This document shows positions 34,636 through 44,416 of a stretch of DNA of 64,000 bases, in pieces (within the stretch, counting starts at the first letter, position 1; the number at the start of each line of letters is the position of its first letter). Position numbers and translations under genes: made by a program. The stretch is taken from the IMG/VR virus record IMGVR_UViG_3300015214_000026, positions 32,001 to 96,000 of that record. One strand, given 5' to 3'. Source of the stretch: a virus. Taxonomy: Duplodnaviria; Caudoviricetes. The notes under the pieces are model-generated. The model was not told the DNA's origin. It worked only from the letters and a program-made list of their open reading frames with translations, and made no database searches.

Positions 34636-34853
34636 CTTATAGTTCATTGGCAATAAATGATCCGAAGGCTACCCACAGAGTCATTACCGCTCACAATGAT
34701 ACTGGTTTTGGAGTGTACGGATATTATGATGAGTTCACAGCTCACGCTGTTGCGCGAAACCTTCGCAAGGCTGATTACGAATGTCGTATTGAACCGCATT
34801 CCATGTCCACATTAACAGGGGTTCATCCCGCTATACTGACTGGAAGACTATAG
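34626..34853 (+). CDS. hypothetical protein
   Basis: operon packing. Confidence 0.62.
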   Translation: MLLTYSSLAINDPKATHRVITAHNDTGFGVYGYYDEFTAHAVARNLRKADYECRIEPHSMSTLTGVHPAILTGRL

Positions 34854-34865
34854 GGAGTTAAACAA

Positions 34866-35093
34866 ATGATAACACAAACAGCTAAATCAATAGTTGAGAG
34901 ACGTGTGGGGCGTATACTCCATATTGGGGATCAACTTATGCATCCAGCGCATGGTTTAGTTGAATTAGTAGAAGGGCAATTTTGGGGTACATATGGGATA
35001 TCTAATTTCTGGTATTGGCGTAAAGTAGGTAAACGCGGCAAACCCATTGGTAAATTATATTCGGGATATATGGAGGGTTGGATTACGTTATGA
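34866..35093 (+). CDS. hypothetical protein
   Basis: GGAG RBS. Confidence 0.65.
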   Translation: MITQTAKSIVERRVGRILHIGDQLMHPAHGLVELVEGQFWGTYGISNFWYWRKVGKRGKPIGKLYSGYMEGWITL

Positions 35094-35290
35094 AAACAAT
35101 CTGGTATCTAATGCTTGGTCTATCTGCGGGGTATTTCTTTGTAGCGGCATTTCATTCTATCGCTTACCTGATTACCCGAACAGAAGCTGAACAAACGTTG
35201 GGTGCGATCGAATCAAGCCTTCTACGTTTCATGTTTTGGTTAGGAATAGCAGTTATTATAGGATTTTTTTCGGGGATAAGAAAGGAATAG
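35090..35290 (+). CDS. small membrane protein
   Basis: 2 TM segments. Confidence 0.62.
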   Translation: MKTIWYLMLGLSAGYFFVAAFHSIAYLITRTEAEQTLGAIESSLLRFMFWLGIAVIIGFFSGIRKE

Positions 35291-35295
35291 CTAAA

Positions 35296-35934
35296 ATGAA
35301 GATACGCTTCATCGGTGATGTGCACGGGAAATTCAAAACTTATAGGAAGCGTATCCGTAATATACCTTACAGTGTTCAGATCGGGGATATGGGGGTAGGC
35401 TTCAAGAAAAGAGTTGGTGATGATTTAGTAAACCTAGCCAATCCACCTTTTGATTCCATGTCAAAAGGAACGCATTATTTTATTCGTGGGAACCACGATA
35501 ACCCAGCGTATTGCAGGAATCATCCGTGTTGGATTGCAGACGGCACATATATGGATGGGGTATTCTACGTTGGAGGCGGGTTGTCCGTTGATAAGTATAG
35601 GCGAATAGAAGGTCTTAATTGGTGGCCTGACGAGGAATGTTCAACAGAAGAGCTGTATTCAATCGCAGATAGATACAGGAGAATCAGACCAAACGTTGTA
35701 GTTAGCCATGATTGCCCCGCTACCGTAGCAGAATCCATTATGGAGGTTAATAGAGCTAAACATAGACTTCCTAGTGTGACTAGGTTTGCATTAGAGTCAA
35801 TGTTTGATTTTCATCAACCAAAGTTGTGGATTTTCGGCCATTGGCATAAAAACATGCGGTTTTCTTATCGAGGTACAGACTTTATATGCCTAGATGAACT
35901 ATCCTATGTGGACATAGACATGGAGGCTTTCTAA
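35296..35934 (+). CDS. calcineurin-like metallophosphoesterase
   Basis: GDVHG, GDMG, RGNHD, SHDCP, FGHWH. Confidence 0.92.
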   Translation: MKIRFIGDVHGKFKTYRKRIRNIPYSVQIGDMGVGFKKRVGDDLVNLANPPFDSMSKGTHYFIRGNHDNPAYCRNHPCWIADGTYMDGVFYVGGGLSVDKYRRIEGLNWWPDEECSTEELYSIADRYRRIRPNVVVSHDCPATVAESIMEVNRAKHRLPSVTRFALESMFDFHQPKLWIFGHWHKNMRFSYRGTDFICLDELSYVDIDMEAF

Positions 35935-36158
35935 TGGCTATTATACGAGTAATGGGGCATGAATACACCAAGATAATAAATGAAGAAAAGGACGGTATTC
36001 ATTCGGTCAAGAAGGTAAGGGACATTACCATAAGGGAATTTGAAGAAACCCCAAATGGTTTGATTATGCTAAATCCTGATGGTTCGCGTGGATTTAGGTA
36101 CGCTAAATCAATTCTTGAAGAATACGGTTGGATTGAGCTGGACGTATTCCAACGTTGA
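35934..36158 (+). CDS. hypothetical protein
   Basis: TAATG coupling. Confidence 0.65.
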   Translation: MAIIRVMGHEYTKIINEEKDGIHSVKKVRDITIREFEETPNGLIMLNPDGSRGFRYAKSILEEYGWIELDVFQR

Positions 36159-36171
36159 GGGAGATAGAATC

Positions 36172-36642
36172 ATGAACATGAATAGGCAACTGTTAGATTC
36201 CATTAATGGTCTAGCCAAAAAAACATGGCTAGGCAATGACAAGATAACTGACGAGAATATGGATGAATGGTATAAGCATTGGATTAAATGTGGAAGAACG
36301 ATAGCGAATAATTTTCGTAGAGAAAATCTACATATTACCGCTAAGTATATAGACGATTTTATAAATGGGGAGGAAAAAGGTTTTAGTGCTTCCTTCGTAA
36401 ATAATAGTAAGGAAAGGGAATTTAAAGAAGCTAGAAATTCAGGTGAATTTATTGGATTCGATAAAACGCTATTTCTAAAAATGATTGGGATGGGCGAGAT
36501 TGAGGGCAAGACTTGGAAATACAATTCCAAGCAAGAAGAATGGTCTGAATGGTGGTCTAATTTGAGTAAAGAAACTCGTAAACAAATAGCTCTTCAAGTG
36601 GAAATGGCTTTCGGACGCGAAGCCTATCAGAATAAGGACTAG
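36172..36642 (+). CDS. hypothetical protein
   Basis: GGGAGA RBS. Confidence 0.68.
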   Translation: MNMNRQLLDSINGLAKKTWLGNDKITDENMDEWYKHWIKCGRTIANNFRRENLHITAKYIDDFINGEEKGFSASFVNNSKEREFKEARNSGEFIGFDKTLFLKMIGMGEIEGKTWKYNSKQEEWSEWWSNLSKETRKQIALQVEMAFGREAYQNKD

Positions 36643-36646
36643 GAGT

Positions 36647-36961
36647 ATGCGAGCAGAATTGGATATTATATTCGTCAGAATGCAGATCGATATTCTAAAA
36701 GATTTGGTGGAGAATCCCTCTGACCCAAATACTACATGGCGTAGATGGTTGCCTAGTCGTTGGATGGATTGGCGTCGCCAAATGTATTATTCCGCGGTGG
36801 ATGAGTTGAAGCGGCTGAAGCTAATTCATGTTTATGGTGTGGCAGGCAATATAACTCCCTCTTTCAGAGGCGTTAATGCGTATAATAAAATGAAGGAGAT
36901 GGAGTTTAACACGTCCACTTTTCGTTGGCTTATGACTGAACAACAGCTTAGGACAGAATAA
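36647..36961 (+). CDS. hypothetical protein
   Basis: operon packing. Confidence 0.65.
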   Translation: MRAELDIIFVRMQIDILKDLVENPSDPNTTWRRWLPSRWMDWRRQMYYSAVDELKRLKLIHVYGVAGNITPSFRGVNAYNKMKEMEFNTSTFRWLMTEQQLRTE

Positions 36962-37236
36962 TGAAGCAGTATTTGGAAATCGATGTTTCTATGTTGTCTG
37001 ATGGCGCTAAGAAAAAGCTAATGGACAACTATAGGAATATCCATGTTTATGAAATGGAATTGATGGGTGTATATGAGCATTATATTATAATTGAGGTAGA
37101 CACTTCTACGCATGGTCATAATTTCAATCATGTACATATCATCAAGGAAGTCAAGCTTTCGGATAAGCCATTTGCCGATAAAGCCCGGACTGTTCTTGAG
37201 GCTTTTCAAAAGAAATACCCCGATTTTCAAGAATAA
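36961..37236 (+). CDS. hypothetical protein
   Basis: TAATG coupling. Confidence 0.65.
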   Translation: MKQYLEIDVSMLSDGAKKKLMDNYRNIHVYEMELMGVYEHYIIIEVDTSTHGHNFNHVHIIKEVKLSDKPFADKARTVLEAFQKKYPDFQE

Positions 37237-37302
37237 AAAGGGATAAGACGTTATACGGTAGCGCCAAAAATAATACTCGACGGCAAAAACCTTATAAGGA
37301 AT

Positions 37303-37674
37303 ATGATGGTGTCGAAGAAACCTAAAATTCGCGTAGGTTCAAAAATATTTGATTTGGAAGTACCCGGCGTGGATGATTTTGGAGCTGAGACGATATTTAA
37401 TACTAAGATTGCGGTACATTATAAATGTAGGACTACTAAATCTGATGTTGTTCCATATACGTATACGTTTTATGCGTTAATGGCCGGCGATTGGGTTTAT
37501 ATAGATAAACCAAGACTTAAAAATTTATTCTCACACACTGAATTAGGCGTACTGTTTACAAAATTTGAAAATTATTTACATAGCTTGCGGTCAAATACCA
37601 TTTTTGTTGGGCGTGAAATGAAGAACATAATGCGAGGACCCTACGAAACAGGAATACGGTACACTGGAGATTAG
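37303..37674 (+). CDS. hypothetical protein
   Basis: AAGGA RBS. Confidence 0.68.
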   Translation: MMVSKKPKIRVGSKIFDLEVPGVDDFGAETIFNTKIAVHYKCRTTKSDVVPYTYTFYALMAGDWVYIDKPRLKNLFSHTELGVLFTKFENYLHSLRSNTIFVGREMKNIMRGPYETGIRYTGD

Positions 37675-37676
37675 CT

Positions 37677-37988
37677 ATGACGGATTTCAAATATATAGTC
37701 ATTCGCGTAAATGATACATACGATTATCCATTCTTCTTTCCTAACAAAGTTTGTCACGACGATATGGCCGATGCCGCTCGTCATGCTATTGTCGTCAGTA
37801 TCCAAGGTGATGGCGGCAAACAATGGGAGACTAAAATTGTCAGTGCTGGATTTATTAGCATTGAAGACATGGTAGTTACTAAACACGGCTCAGAAACGTT
37901 GGGTATTATATCTAATAAAGATAGAGCTGTGGAGGACCAGCGAATGTTTAATACTTTCAATTATAATCATGGCATAGTCGGTGTATAA
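37677..37988 (+). CDS. conserved phage hypothetical protein
   Basis: KYIV...PFFFP...H...VSAGF...GSETL motif. Confidence 0.7.
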   Translation: MTDFKYIVIRVNDTYDYPFFFPNKVCHDDMADAARHAIVVSIQGDGGKQWETKIVSAGFISIEDMVVTKHGSETLGIISNKDRAVEDQRMFNTFNYNHGIVGV

Positions 37989-37991
37989 TTT

Positions 37992-38390
37992 ATGCGGTAT
38001 AAAGAATGGGAAACTTCTCATGTTAATACGGAAGTAATGGATCGTTTGTTTAAAAAAGCTAAATCACAAAAGACCTTTGTTAAAACATCTAGACACGCAG
38101 CAGCTGTAGTATACAAAGACAAAATTATTTGTATAGGCGAAAATAAAAACAAAACGCATCCGTTTATGGTTAAACACGGCCCTAAAAATCATAAAAAGAC
38201 CCAATTACACGCAGAAATGGATTGCCTTATCAAGACTATAAACAAGTTTGGTGTTGAAATTCTATCAGAGTGCGTTATGTACTCTCTCCGTGTAACGAAT
38301 ACGGATAAAATAGCGTCAGCGAAACCATGTCCAGTGTGTATGGACGCTATACGAATTTTTAAATTGAAAAATGTTTATTGGACTAGTTAA
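37992..38390 (+). CDS. zinc-dependent cytidine/dCMP deaminase-like protein
   Basis: LHAEMD and KPCPVC. Confidence 0.88.
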   Translation: MRYKEWETSHVNTEVMDRLFKKAKSQKTFVKTSRHAAAVVYKDKIICIGENKNKTHPFMVKHGPKNHKKTQLHAEMDCLIKTINKFGVEILSECVMYSLRVTNTDKIASAKPCPVCMDAIRIFKLKNVYWTS

Positions 38391-38612
38391 GTGGATAGGA
38401 TTAACATGAAAACATATACTTGCGCATATAAATTTAATGGTAAGAATTATGTTGTTCATATAGAGGCAGAGGATTTTGCAGACGCTTCTAGGCGTCTTCG
38501 AGCAATTGGTATGACTGCGCAGGTAGACGGGGAATTGGTTGCGGAAGGTAATTTATATCCGTTGAATTGGATAAATAAGCTTGCCAGAATAATCTTAGGA
38601 GATGCAAAATGA
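38391..38612 (+). CDS. hypothetical protein
   Basis: operon packing. Confidence 0.65.
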   Translation: MDRINMKTYTCAYKFNGKNYVVHIEAEDFADASRRLRAIGMTAQVDGELVAEGNLYPLNWINKLARIILGDAK

Positions 38613-38655
38613 CCGAAGAATTGTCGAGCGGTATGGTTTAATCTGGAGATAAATT

Positions 38656-38859
38656 ATGCCTGATGAAGTCGGTACAATAACCATATATGTAAATAAAGCT
38701 GGTAAATATCAAGCTAAGTTTACATATTGGAACGATGAATTGTTTTGGTATTCTCAAGACTACGATAATATAGATTCGTTGAAGAACGCTTTAGAACGTA
38801 TTAAAGCTTATACGCATTCTGCTAAAATAGTAAATCTTGTGGATAATCTTAATGGATAA
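38656..38859 (+). CDS. YegP/DUF1508-like small protein
   Basis: NKAGKY.....N.E....SQDY.......ALERIK. Confidence 0.55.
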   Translation: MPDEVGTITIYVNKAGKYQAKFTYWNDELFWYSQDYDNIDSLKNALERIKAYTHSAKIVNLVDNLNG

Positions 38860-39271
38860 AATATTCCCTATTAATTTATATCCCTCTGGTAGGCAGGGTG
38901 GTATTACTAGAGACTTTAAAGAAAACTTTCTAAAAACAAGGAAAGAGTCAATATACGCGGATTATATATGGTACGCAGTAACTGTATCCATTCTGTCAAA
39001 TTCTTCTGTAGAATACCATGTTCATGATATTCTAGACAATGTATATGGTGGTGTAGGTAAGAAGCTATATACCATTACGGCGGAAGTAAACCCCAATGTC
39101 ATAGAACCGTATATTAGGCAGCGCCTATATGATATGGCGGAAGAAGAAATAGATAGGGAGGAAAAGCAACGCCGTCATAATGCGATTAACGCTAGGGCTA
39201 ATCAAATATCCAGACGTATCGGTGTATACCCTACGCTAAAAAAGTCAAAGGAAACTATTAATGACGGTTGA
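38852..39271 (+). CDS. hypothetical protein
   Basis: operon packing. Confidence 0.65.
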   Translation: MDKIFPINLYPSGRQGGITRDFKENFLKTRKESIYADYIWYAVTVSILSNSSVEYHVHDILDNVYGGVGKKLYTITAEVNPNVIEPYIRQRLYDMAEEEIDREEKQRRHNAINARANQISRRIGVYPTLKKSKETINDG

Positions 39272-39569
39272 TGAAATCATTGCCTATTATGAAACAATTG
39301 AACCCCCTACTGAATCAATATCACAGCTAATAATGGAAATTACAAGGCTGCGTGCGGAAAAATTTAGTACTACGGCGAAGCAAAAATATGATGAACGTAA
39401 ACGTCTTAGGATCGAAAATGGTCTTCGACGTGAGCAGAAGCGAAAAGAAAAACTCGATAAAGATGAAGAAATGGAGAATTTAGTAATCTCTATAGGTACA
39501 TCGCTACAGCGAATAGCGGATGTAATGGAACTATGGGCTGACCTACAAAAAGAGTCAGCAAACAATTGA
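39261..39569 (+). CDS. hypothetical protein
   Basis: AAGGA RBS. Confidence 0.65.
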   Translation: MTVDEIIAYYETIEPPTESISQLIMEITRLRAEKFSTTAKQKYDERKRLRIENGLRREQKRKEKLDKDEEMENLVISIGTSLQRIADVMELWADLQKESANN

Positions 39570-39607
39570 ATACTAATTCTTTATTAAACGTAGAAAGGAA
39601 CAATGAC

Positions 39608-39874
39608 ATGACTCGTTCAAAGATTCAGGAGAAGGTAGATTACATTCTAACAGATTTCTATGACAATAGTGATGGGACTAAGTTTTCTATTCAGAAAACT
39701 ACTGATGAAATTCTTGCAGTAATTCGTCTAGAAAAGATTAATACTAAGGCTGCTCGTACTCGTTCCGTTCATCGCGACGCAGTAACTGGTAAGTTTTTGT
39801 CTAAAGAAGTAGCAGAATCCCGTCCTAATACTACTATTCTTCAAAAAATTAAACAGAAGTTTCTACCAAAGTAG
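39608..39874 (+). CDS. hypothetical protein with RDAVTGKF motif
   Basis: GAAAGGA RBS; HRDAVTGKFLS.E.A...P.TT. Confidence 0.7.
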   Translation: MTRSKIQEKVDYILTDFYDNSDGTKFSIQKTTDEILAVIRLEKINTKAARTRSVHRDAVTGKFLSKEVAESRPNTTILQKIKQKFLPK

Positions 39875-39897
39875 GTAGCTTAAACAAAGTTAGGTAC

Positions 39898-40068
39898 ATG
39901 CAAAATATCGTGTATTTAATAATTATACTATTTCCTGCTTCACCGTCCGACAATATAAAAATAGATGTTGTCGGACGGTATACCGTAGCTCAATGTGATT
40001 TTATAAAAAATACTATATCACCTAAACATAATCAACTAGTAGTGTGCGCTAACATAAGAGATTTGTAA
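39898..40068 (+). CDS. 56-aa hypothetical protein containing a 12-bp inverted repeat
   Basis: MQNIVYLIIILFP...; TAATG coupling; ACCGTCCGACAA/TTGTCGGACGGT at 39942-39979. Confidence 0.5.
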   Translation: MQNIVYLIIILFPASPSDNIKIDVVGRYTVAQCDFIKNTISPKHNQLVVCANIRDL

Positions 40069-40967
40069 TGTCTGATAAATTTCAATATCTTCCAACGTCC
40101 ATAGTTTATCAGATGATTAGAACTAAAAAGCCAGATAATTTCTTTCGGCTTAAATACAAAGATAAGAGTTATCAGCTTTCTATTTTTGAATTTACAAAAA
40201 CTGATTTGGCTAAAATTTACAGAGTAGACGGTAATGCTGCACTGTTTGTTGGTTCAGTTTCTACTAAAGGCCAAGAATATGATCTTCATGCGAAATCAAT
40301 AAGCATAGATGAAATAAAGAAGGTATTGAAAAAGTTTCCTAGAATCGCTGTACTTTCTGTGAATAGGGGCAATGGAGAAGCTAAGAAATTCGTCCCCGTT
40401 ATTTCTATTGCCTTTGAAGATATGAATTTAGTGGATTCTTTAAAAAGAGAAACTTTAAAGACATATCTATCTCACTCTGATAAGCCTAGAGACGGCCAAA
40501 GAAATGCCCTATATAGGTGGGAAAGTAGAGAATTAATCAAGTTTACAGGCAAAAACGGTGAGAAGGCTATCCCTCTAGGTAAATTAAATTCTTATGCTAA
40601 GAAGATTATAGGTTTCTTTAATCTACCTATGGATAAGATTCATGTGACAAATGAATCTACTAGAAGCGCAAAGAAATTGGGTGCCTGTCGTGTCATCAAG
40701 GATGATATTACCGCAGAGAATCCTAATTTCGCTATTTTGAACATACACGATTCTACATTAAATACGTTGGTTCATGAAATAGCCCATCTTGTTTGTTATT
40801 TTAAGCATAAATCAATATCTTCTCATGGCGCTGAATATACAGGCGTTTATGCTTATCTGATTAGCAAAGTATTTCAAGCAGAAATGAAAGATGTTATAGA
40901 ATCTATGAAGGCTGGAGGACTAAAAGTTTCTAAATTTATCGGCCCTAATAAGGTTATGAAACTATGA
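40068..40967 (+). CDS. SprT-like zincin metalloprotease domain protein
   Basis: LVHEIAH...SHGAEY. Confidence 0.75.
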   Translation: MSDKFQYLPTSIVYQMIRTKKPDNFFRLKYKDKSYQLSIFEFTKTDLAKIYRVDGNAALFVGSVSTKGQEYDLHAKSISIDEIKKVLKKFPRIAVLSVNRGNGEAKKFVPVISIAFEDMNLVDSLKRETLKTYLSHSDKPRDGQRNALYRWESRELIKFTGKNGEKAIPLGKLNSYAKKIIGFFNLPMDKIHVTNESTRSAKKLGACRVIKDDITAENPNFAILNIHDSTLNTLVHEIAHLVCYFKHKSISSHGAEYTGVYAYLISKVFQAEMKDVIESMKAGGLKVSKFIGPNKVMKL

Positions 40968-41329
40968 ATAAAGAAGATTTTATACGAAAATGGTATAATA
41001 GCTTTCCTGAAAATATAGAACCCTATGAAATACAGCAAAATATAATAGAAGATCATATCAGAGATTTCGAGGAAGGGGACATAGCGGATAGGCTGTTTAA
41101 ATTCAAAAGCTATAAGAAACAAATTGTATTTTTAGCTAAAATACGTGGTGGTCAATGGAATATTAATGAACAAAAGGTAGCTAGATTCAAAAATAAAATT
41201 TTGAACAATGAAATCCCGTTTCCCATTGTGTATGATAAGCGTAAAGCTAGTATAATAGACGGTTCTCATAGATATGAAGCATTTAAAGAATTAAATTTTG
41301 AACAAGTAGTTTGCTATATAGGACAGTAA
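40964..41329 (+). CDS. ParB/Srx-like domain protein
   Basis: PIVY...IIDGSHRYEA. Confidence 0.78.
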   Translation: MNKEDFIRKWYNSFPENIEPYEIQQNIIEDHIRDFEEGDIADRLFKFKSYKKQIVFLAKIRGGQWNINEQKVARFKNKILNNEIPFPIVYDKRKASIIDGSHRYEAFKELNFEQVVCYIGQ

Positions 41330-41350
41330 TGTAATTAAGTCACAATTTTC

Positions 41351-41376
41351 AAAAGGGTCGGATTTCCGGCCTTTTT
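41351..41376 (+). terminator. intrinsic terminator
   Basis: AAAAGGGTCGGA-TT-TCCGGCCTTTTT. Confidence 0.7.
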
Positions 41377-41425
41377 GTATTTTGTGCCCAATGGTAAAAT
41401 ATAATTAAAGACGGGGTTTAACAAC

Positions 41426-42298
41426 ATGTATTACGGCAAACTTGGCTTAGTAGACTACACAAAATGTGGCTATAGAAAACTTAAAGATGAAGATTTTCTT
41501 AGCTATTATAACTACCCTATTTTCTCAAATGAGGTAGAAACGATTGTTAAATCGTGTAAGAGGAACATCTTTTCGGTGTATTCCTCCATTTGGCGTATGA
41601 TTGCCAAGCCTATAATGGGTATCGAGCATCCCGATACATCGCATTTTGATAAAGTAAAGAGGCGAGTAGAAGCTGTTTATCTGGATGATTTGCTTCCAAA
41701 TGTACTGTATGACAAAGCTTGGAAAGACAATTATTTAGAAATATTTAAGGCTATTACATTTGAATTAAAGCAACTTGGTTCTGTATGTCGGAATGCGTCT
41801 ATCCGATTTGTAATTTGCCTTCCTAAAGATGTTAAACTAGACTCATACATAGCTAAAATCCTGTTGAAACTGTGGGATACGTTGGGTTATCCTAAATCAA
41901 ATCCAAATACTGTCGTTTCGTATAGGTTTTTTATACATTCGTCATCTTTACCAAAAGATTTAGGGCAAGCGGTTGGTTTGTTAAGTAGACTACCTAAATT
42001 GCATGATAAGCTATGTATTATAGCCGATGATAAAAATCTGTATTCTGTAATGCGTATTTGTAAAGAGTTTAAATACAAAATACGTCCATCCTTTGATATC
42101 GAAATACATAAAGATAAAAAGAATAAACGCATAGGTATTAAGTCTAAAGAATGGACAGTATTCGAAAACTTCTGGCGTTCCGATAAGAACGGTAGCGTAT
42201 TCCTTCCTGTAGTATTTTGCTCAAGAGACATTGAAGCTGAAGGAACAGAAAAATTACTTAGGCACTATGTAAGAAGAGCTTCAGTTGTATTTTACTAG
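41426..42298 (+). CDS. UvsE/UvdE UV-endonuclease-like protein, degenerate
   Basis: KLG start, LKQLG..R...IRF, L..LP..L..KLCI, IC......PSFDIEIH, DIEAEGTEK spacing. Confidence 0.5.
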   Translation: MYYGKLGLVDYTKCGYRKLKDEDFLSYYNYPIFSNEVETIVKSCKRNIFSVYSSIWRMIAKPIMGIEHPDTSHFDKVKRRVEAVYLDDLLPNVLYDKAWKDNYLEIFKAITFELKQLGSVCRNASIRFVICLPKDVKLDSYIAKILLKLWDTLGYPKSNPNTVVSYRFFIHSSSLPKDLGQAVGLLSRLPKLHDKLCIIADDKNLYSVMRICKEFKYKIRPSFDIEIHKDKKNKRIGIKSKEWTVFENFWRSDKNGSVFLPVVFCSRDIEAEGTEKLLRHYVRRASVVFY

Positions 42299-42304
42299 GA
42301 AAAG

Positions 42305-42871
42305 TTGAAAAAGATGATCGATAAAGAATCTATGGAAAAGCTAACAGAAGACGTAGTTGTTAGCGCAATTGTTGCTGTAGGCATGCACAATCAAATAGGT
42401 TTGTATGGCGGTTTACCTTGGAAGAATATACTAGAATTAACAGACATAACGCAGAAGGACTTAGCTAATTTCCGTAAAATGACTACAGATAGCGTTGTCG
42501 TAGTAGGCCGTAATACATGGCCGTCTGTATCACGTTTAGACAAAACCAATGGTCGAGATTTTCTTATCGACGGTTCGGATACTTATGTGCATAATGAAGA
42601 TTTAAAGTTTAAAATAGAAGTACCGTGGGATTTTTGGGTTCCTAAATACATTGCTAAAATTAGACATGATCGTGGTATAGGGAATAAGCAGATATGGATA
42701 GCTGGTGGTGCTAAAACATATCTAAAATGGCTTCCACATATTCATGATCTTCATGTGTTTGAAATACCTTATTATGGCCCCGCGGATACGTATCTACCAG
42801 AAGAAATGAGTATGCCTAACCTAGCTGAAAAGTATCCTAATATAAATGTGTTTGTTACTTCGTATTATTAA
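42305..42871 (+). CDS. folA: dihydrofolate reductase
   Basis: IVAV...IG..GGLPW, DLANFRKMT, VVVGRNTW, WIAGGAKTY, ADTYLP. Confidence 0.92.
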   Translation: MKKMIDKESMEKLTEDVVVSAIVAVGMHNQIGLYGGLPWKNILELTDITQKDLANFRKMTTDSVVVVGRNTWPSVSRLDKTNGRDFLIDGSDTYVHNEDLKFKIEVPWDFWVPKYIAKIRHDRGIGNKQIWIAGGAKTYLKWLPHIHDLHVFEIPYYGPADTYLPEEMSMPNLAEKYPNINVFVTSYY

Positions 42872-42909
42872 CGAATCTCTACAATCAAATAAAAAGAGAA
42901 CATAGCAAC

Positions 42910-43995
42910 ATGAGCGAAAAAGACGCAAAATACAAAGTAGACACAAAGCTGCTTAGTGCTGCTATATCTAAGTGTCTATCAGTTATTTCATTAGGTGAAC
43001 GTAGCGATACTAACATTGTTACGCTTATCTTCTCTAAAAAGGGATTATCTATTGAAGCAATGAACTCAATCGCGGAGTTTAAAACAGAGCTTCCAGTAGA
43101 AATAATCGCGCCTGTAAAACATCAAGAAGTAAGTATTATTCCAGAGGTTCTTTTGTCCTATACCAAGGCGTATAAAGAGCTTAATTTATCCCCTAAGCAA
43201 GATAGGATGGTTGTTTCATCTAAGGGATTCAATGCCACTATTTTCTACGTAGGTAATCCAGAATTAGTTAATCGCAGAGAATTTAAAAATTCTGAAAACA
43301 TTTCAAGGGTAGCTAAAACTGCCAATGAAGTGTTATCGCTTGTTTCAGGTATGCGTAATCGTACAGATAGTCAAGCTCTTGGCGTTATAATGAATTGGGG
43401 TTCCAATAAGATGGAGCTATCAATTGGTGATACTCATCACGCTATTGTAGTGGACGCAGAAGTAAAAATCAAATCTTCCAATACGCTAACTACAACACTG
43501 CCTAATCTACAAAACATCATGAGCGTAGGTGGTACATTTGCTGCTACCGATGATAGATTTTACGCCTATTCAGACACTGATTACCTAGCTATTTCTAATA
43601 AGACAGAAAACATGTTCCTGGCGGACATGGCCAGATCAGTTATCGAAAGTGGTAAGAGAACCACAAAGTTTTCTGTTAATACAGAAAAACTTAAATCAGT
43701 TATAGATACTTTGACAGGAGCCGTGACAGAAACAGAAGTTCTTACTTTCAATATCGAAGATAAAACCTGTCTTATTTCCAGTAATACCAATATAGGTAAT
43801 GCTAAAGCTTCAATTAAAATAGATAATTTTAAAGGCAAATCTACCAAGATAAAAGTAGCTATTCATCATTTGAAGGATTGTATTTCTTCTATGAAAGAAA
43901 AGACTATCAATGTATCAGTAATGCAGAATATGTTCTTGATGGAAAGCAAATCTAAAGAAATAAAGATCACCGCAGCTTTGACCGCGATTGGTTAA
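42910..43995 (+). CDS. dnaN: sliding clamp, DNA pol III beta (DnaN)-like
   Basis: 361 aa with three-fold beta-clamp-like pattern (GLSIEAMN, GDTHH, KVAIHHLKDCISS); upstream of the polymerase; DnaX-like loader present. Confidence 0.72.
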   Translation: MSEKDAKYKVDTKLLSAAISKCLSVISLGERSDTNIVTLIFSKKGLSIEAMNSIAEFKTELPVEIIAPVKHQEVSIIPEVLLSYTKAYKELNLSPKQDRMVVSSKGFNATIFYVGNPELVNRREFKNSENISRVAKTANEVLSLVSGMRNRTDSQALGVIMNWGSNKMELSIGDTHHAIVVDAEVKIKSSNTLTTTLPNLQNIMSVGGTFAATDDRFYAYSDTDYLAISNKTENMFLADMARSVIESGKRTTKFSVNTEKLKSVIDTLTGAVTETEVLTFNIEDKTCLISSNTNIGNAKASIKIDNFKGKSTKIKVAIHHLKDCISSMKEKTINVSVMQNMFLMESKSKEIKITAALTAIG

Positions 43996-44416
43996 GTCTA
44001 TGGAATTAAATAAGCTTTTCTTTGAAAAAGAAAGAATATTAACCTATCCAGAGAAGACTTTTACGCCTTTATTAATGAAAATAGGGTTAGAGCATCCTAT
44101 TTTGTTTTTATCCAGCAAAAGCAAAGTGGATAGTTCTAGTTATTTCAATCTAGACACTATTGAAGAGCGTAATTATACAATAAATGTTGTGTCTTCTAAT
44201 GGGTTTGTTATACTCTATGTCGTAAACATAAAAGCCCCTTATTTTAATGTATTAAACAATGGGCTATTAATTCGTAATAGAAAGAAATGGGACGAAAAAA
44301 CAGATACAGAGGGTGTAGCTACTCGATACACATTTGAAGACTTCACCGTAGTTTCTAATAAAAATCAATCCAGTGAAATATTTTGTAGAAGTATTGCATC
44401 GGAGCAGAAAACATGA
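43988..44416 (+). CDS. hypothetical protein
   Basis: replication operon packing. Confidence 0.68.
   Translation: MVKSMELNKLFFEKERILTYPEKTFTPLLMKIGLEHPILFLSSKSKVDSSSYFNLDTIEERNYTINVVSSNGFVILYVVNIKAPYFNVLNNGLLIRNRKKWDEKTDTEGVATRYTFEDFTVVSNKNQSSEIFCRSIASEQKT

Noticed and set aside
18683-37900. AACGTT sites as EcfG promoters (GGAAC-N16/17-CGTT)
   Set aside because: Only loose -35 matches at two of the handful of sites checked (28082, 28334); most copies are intragenic
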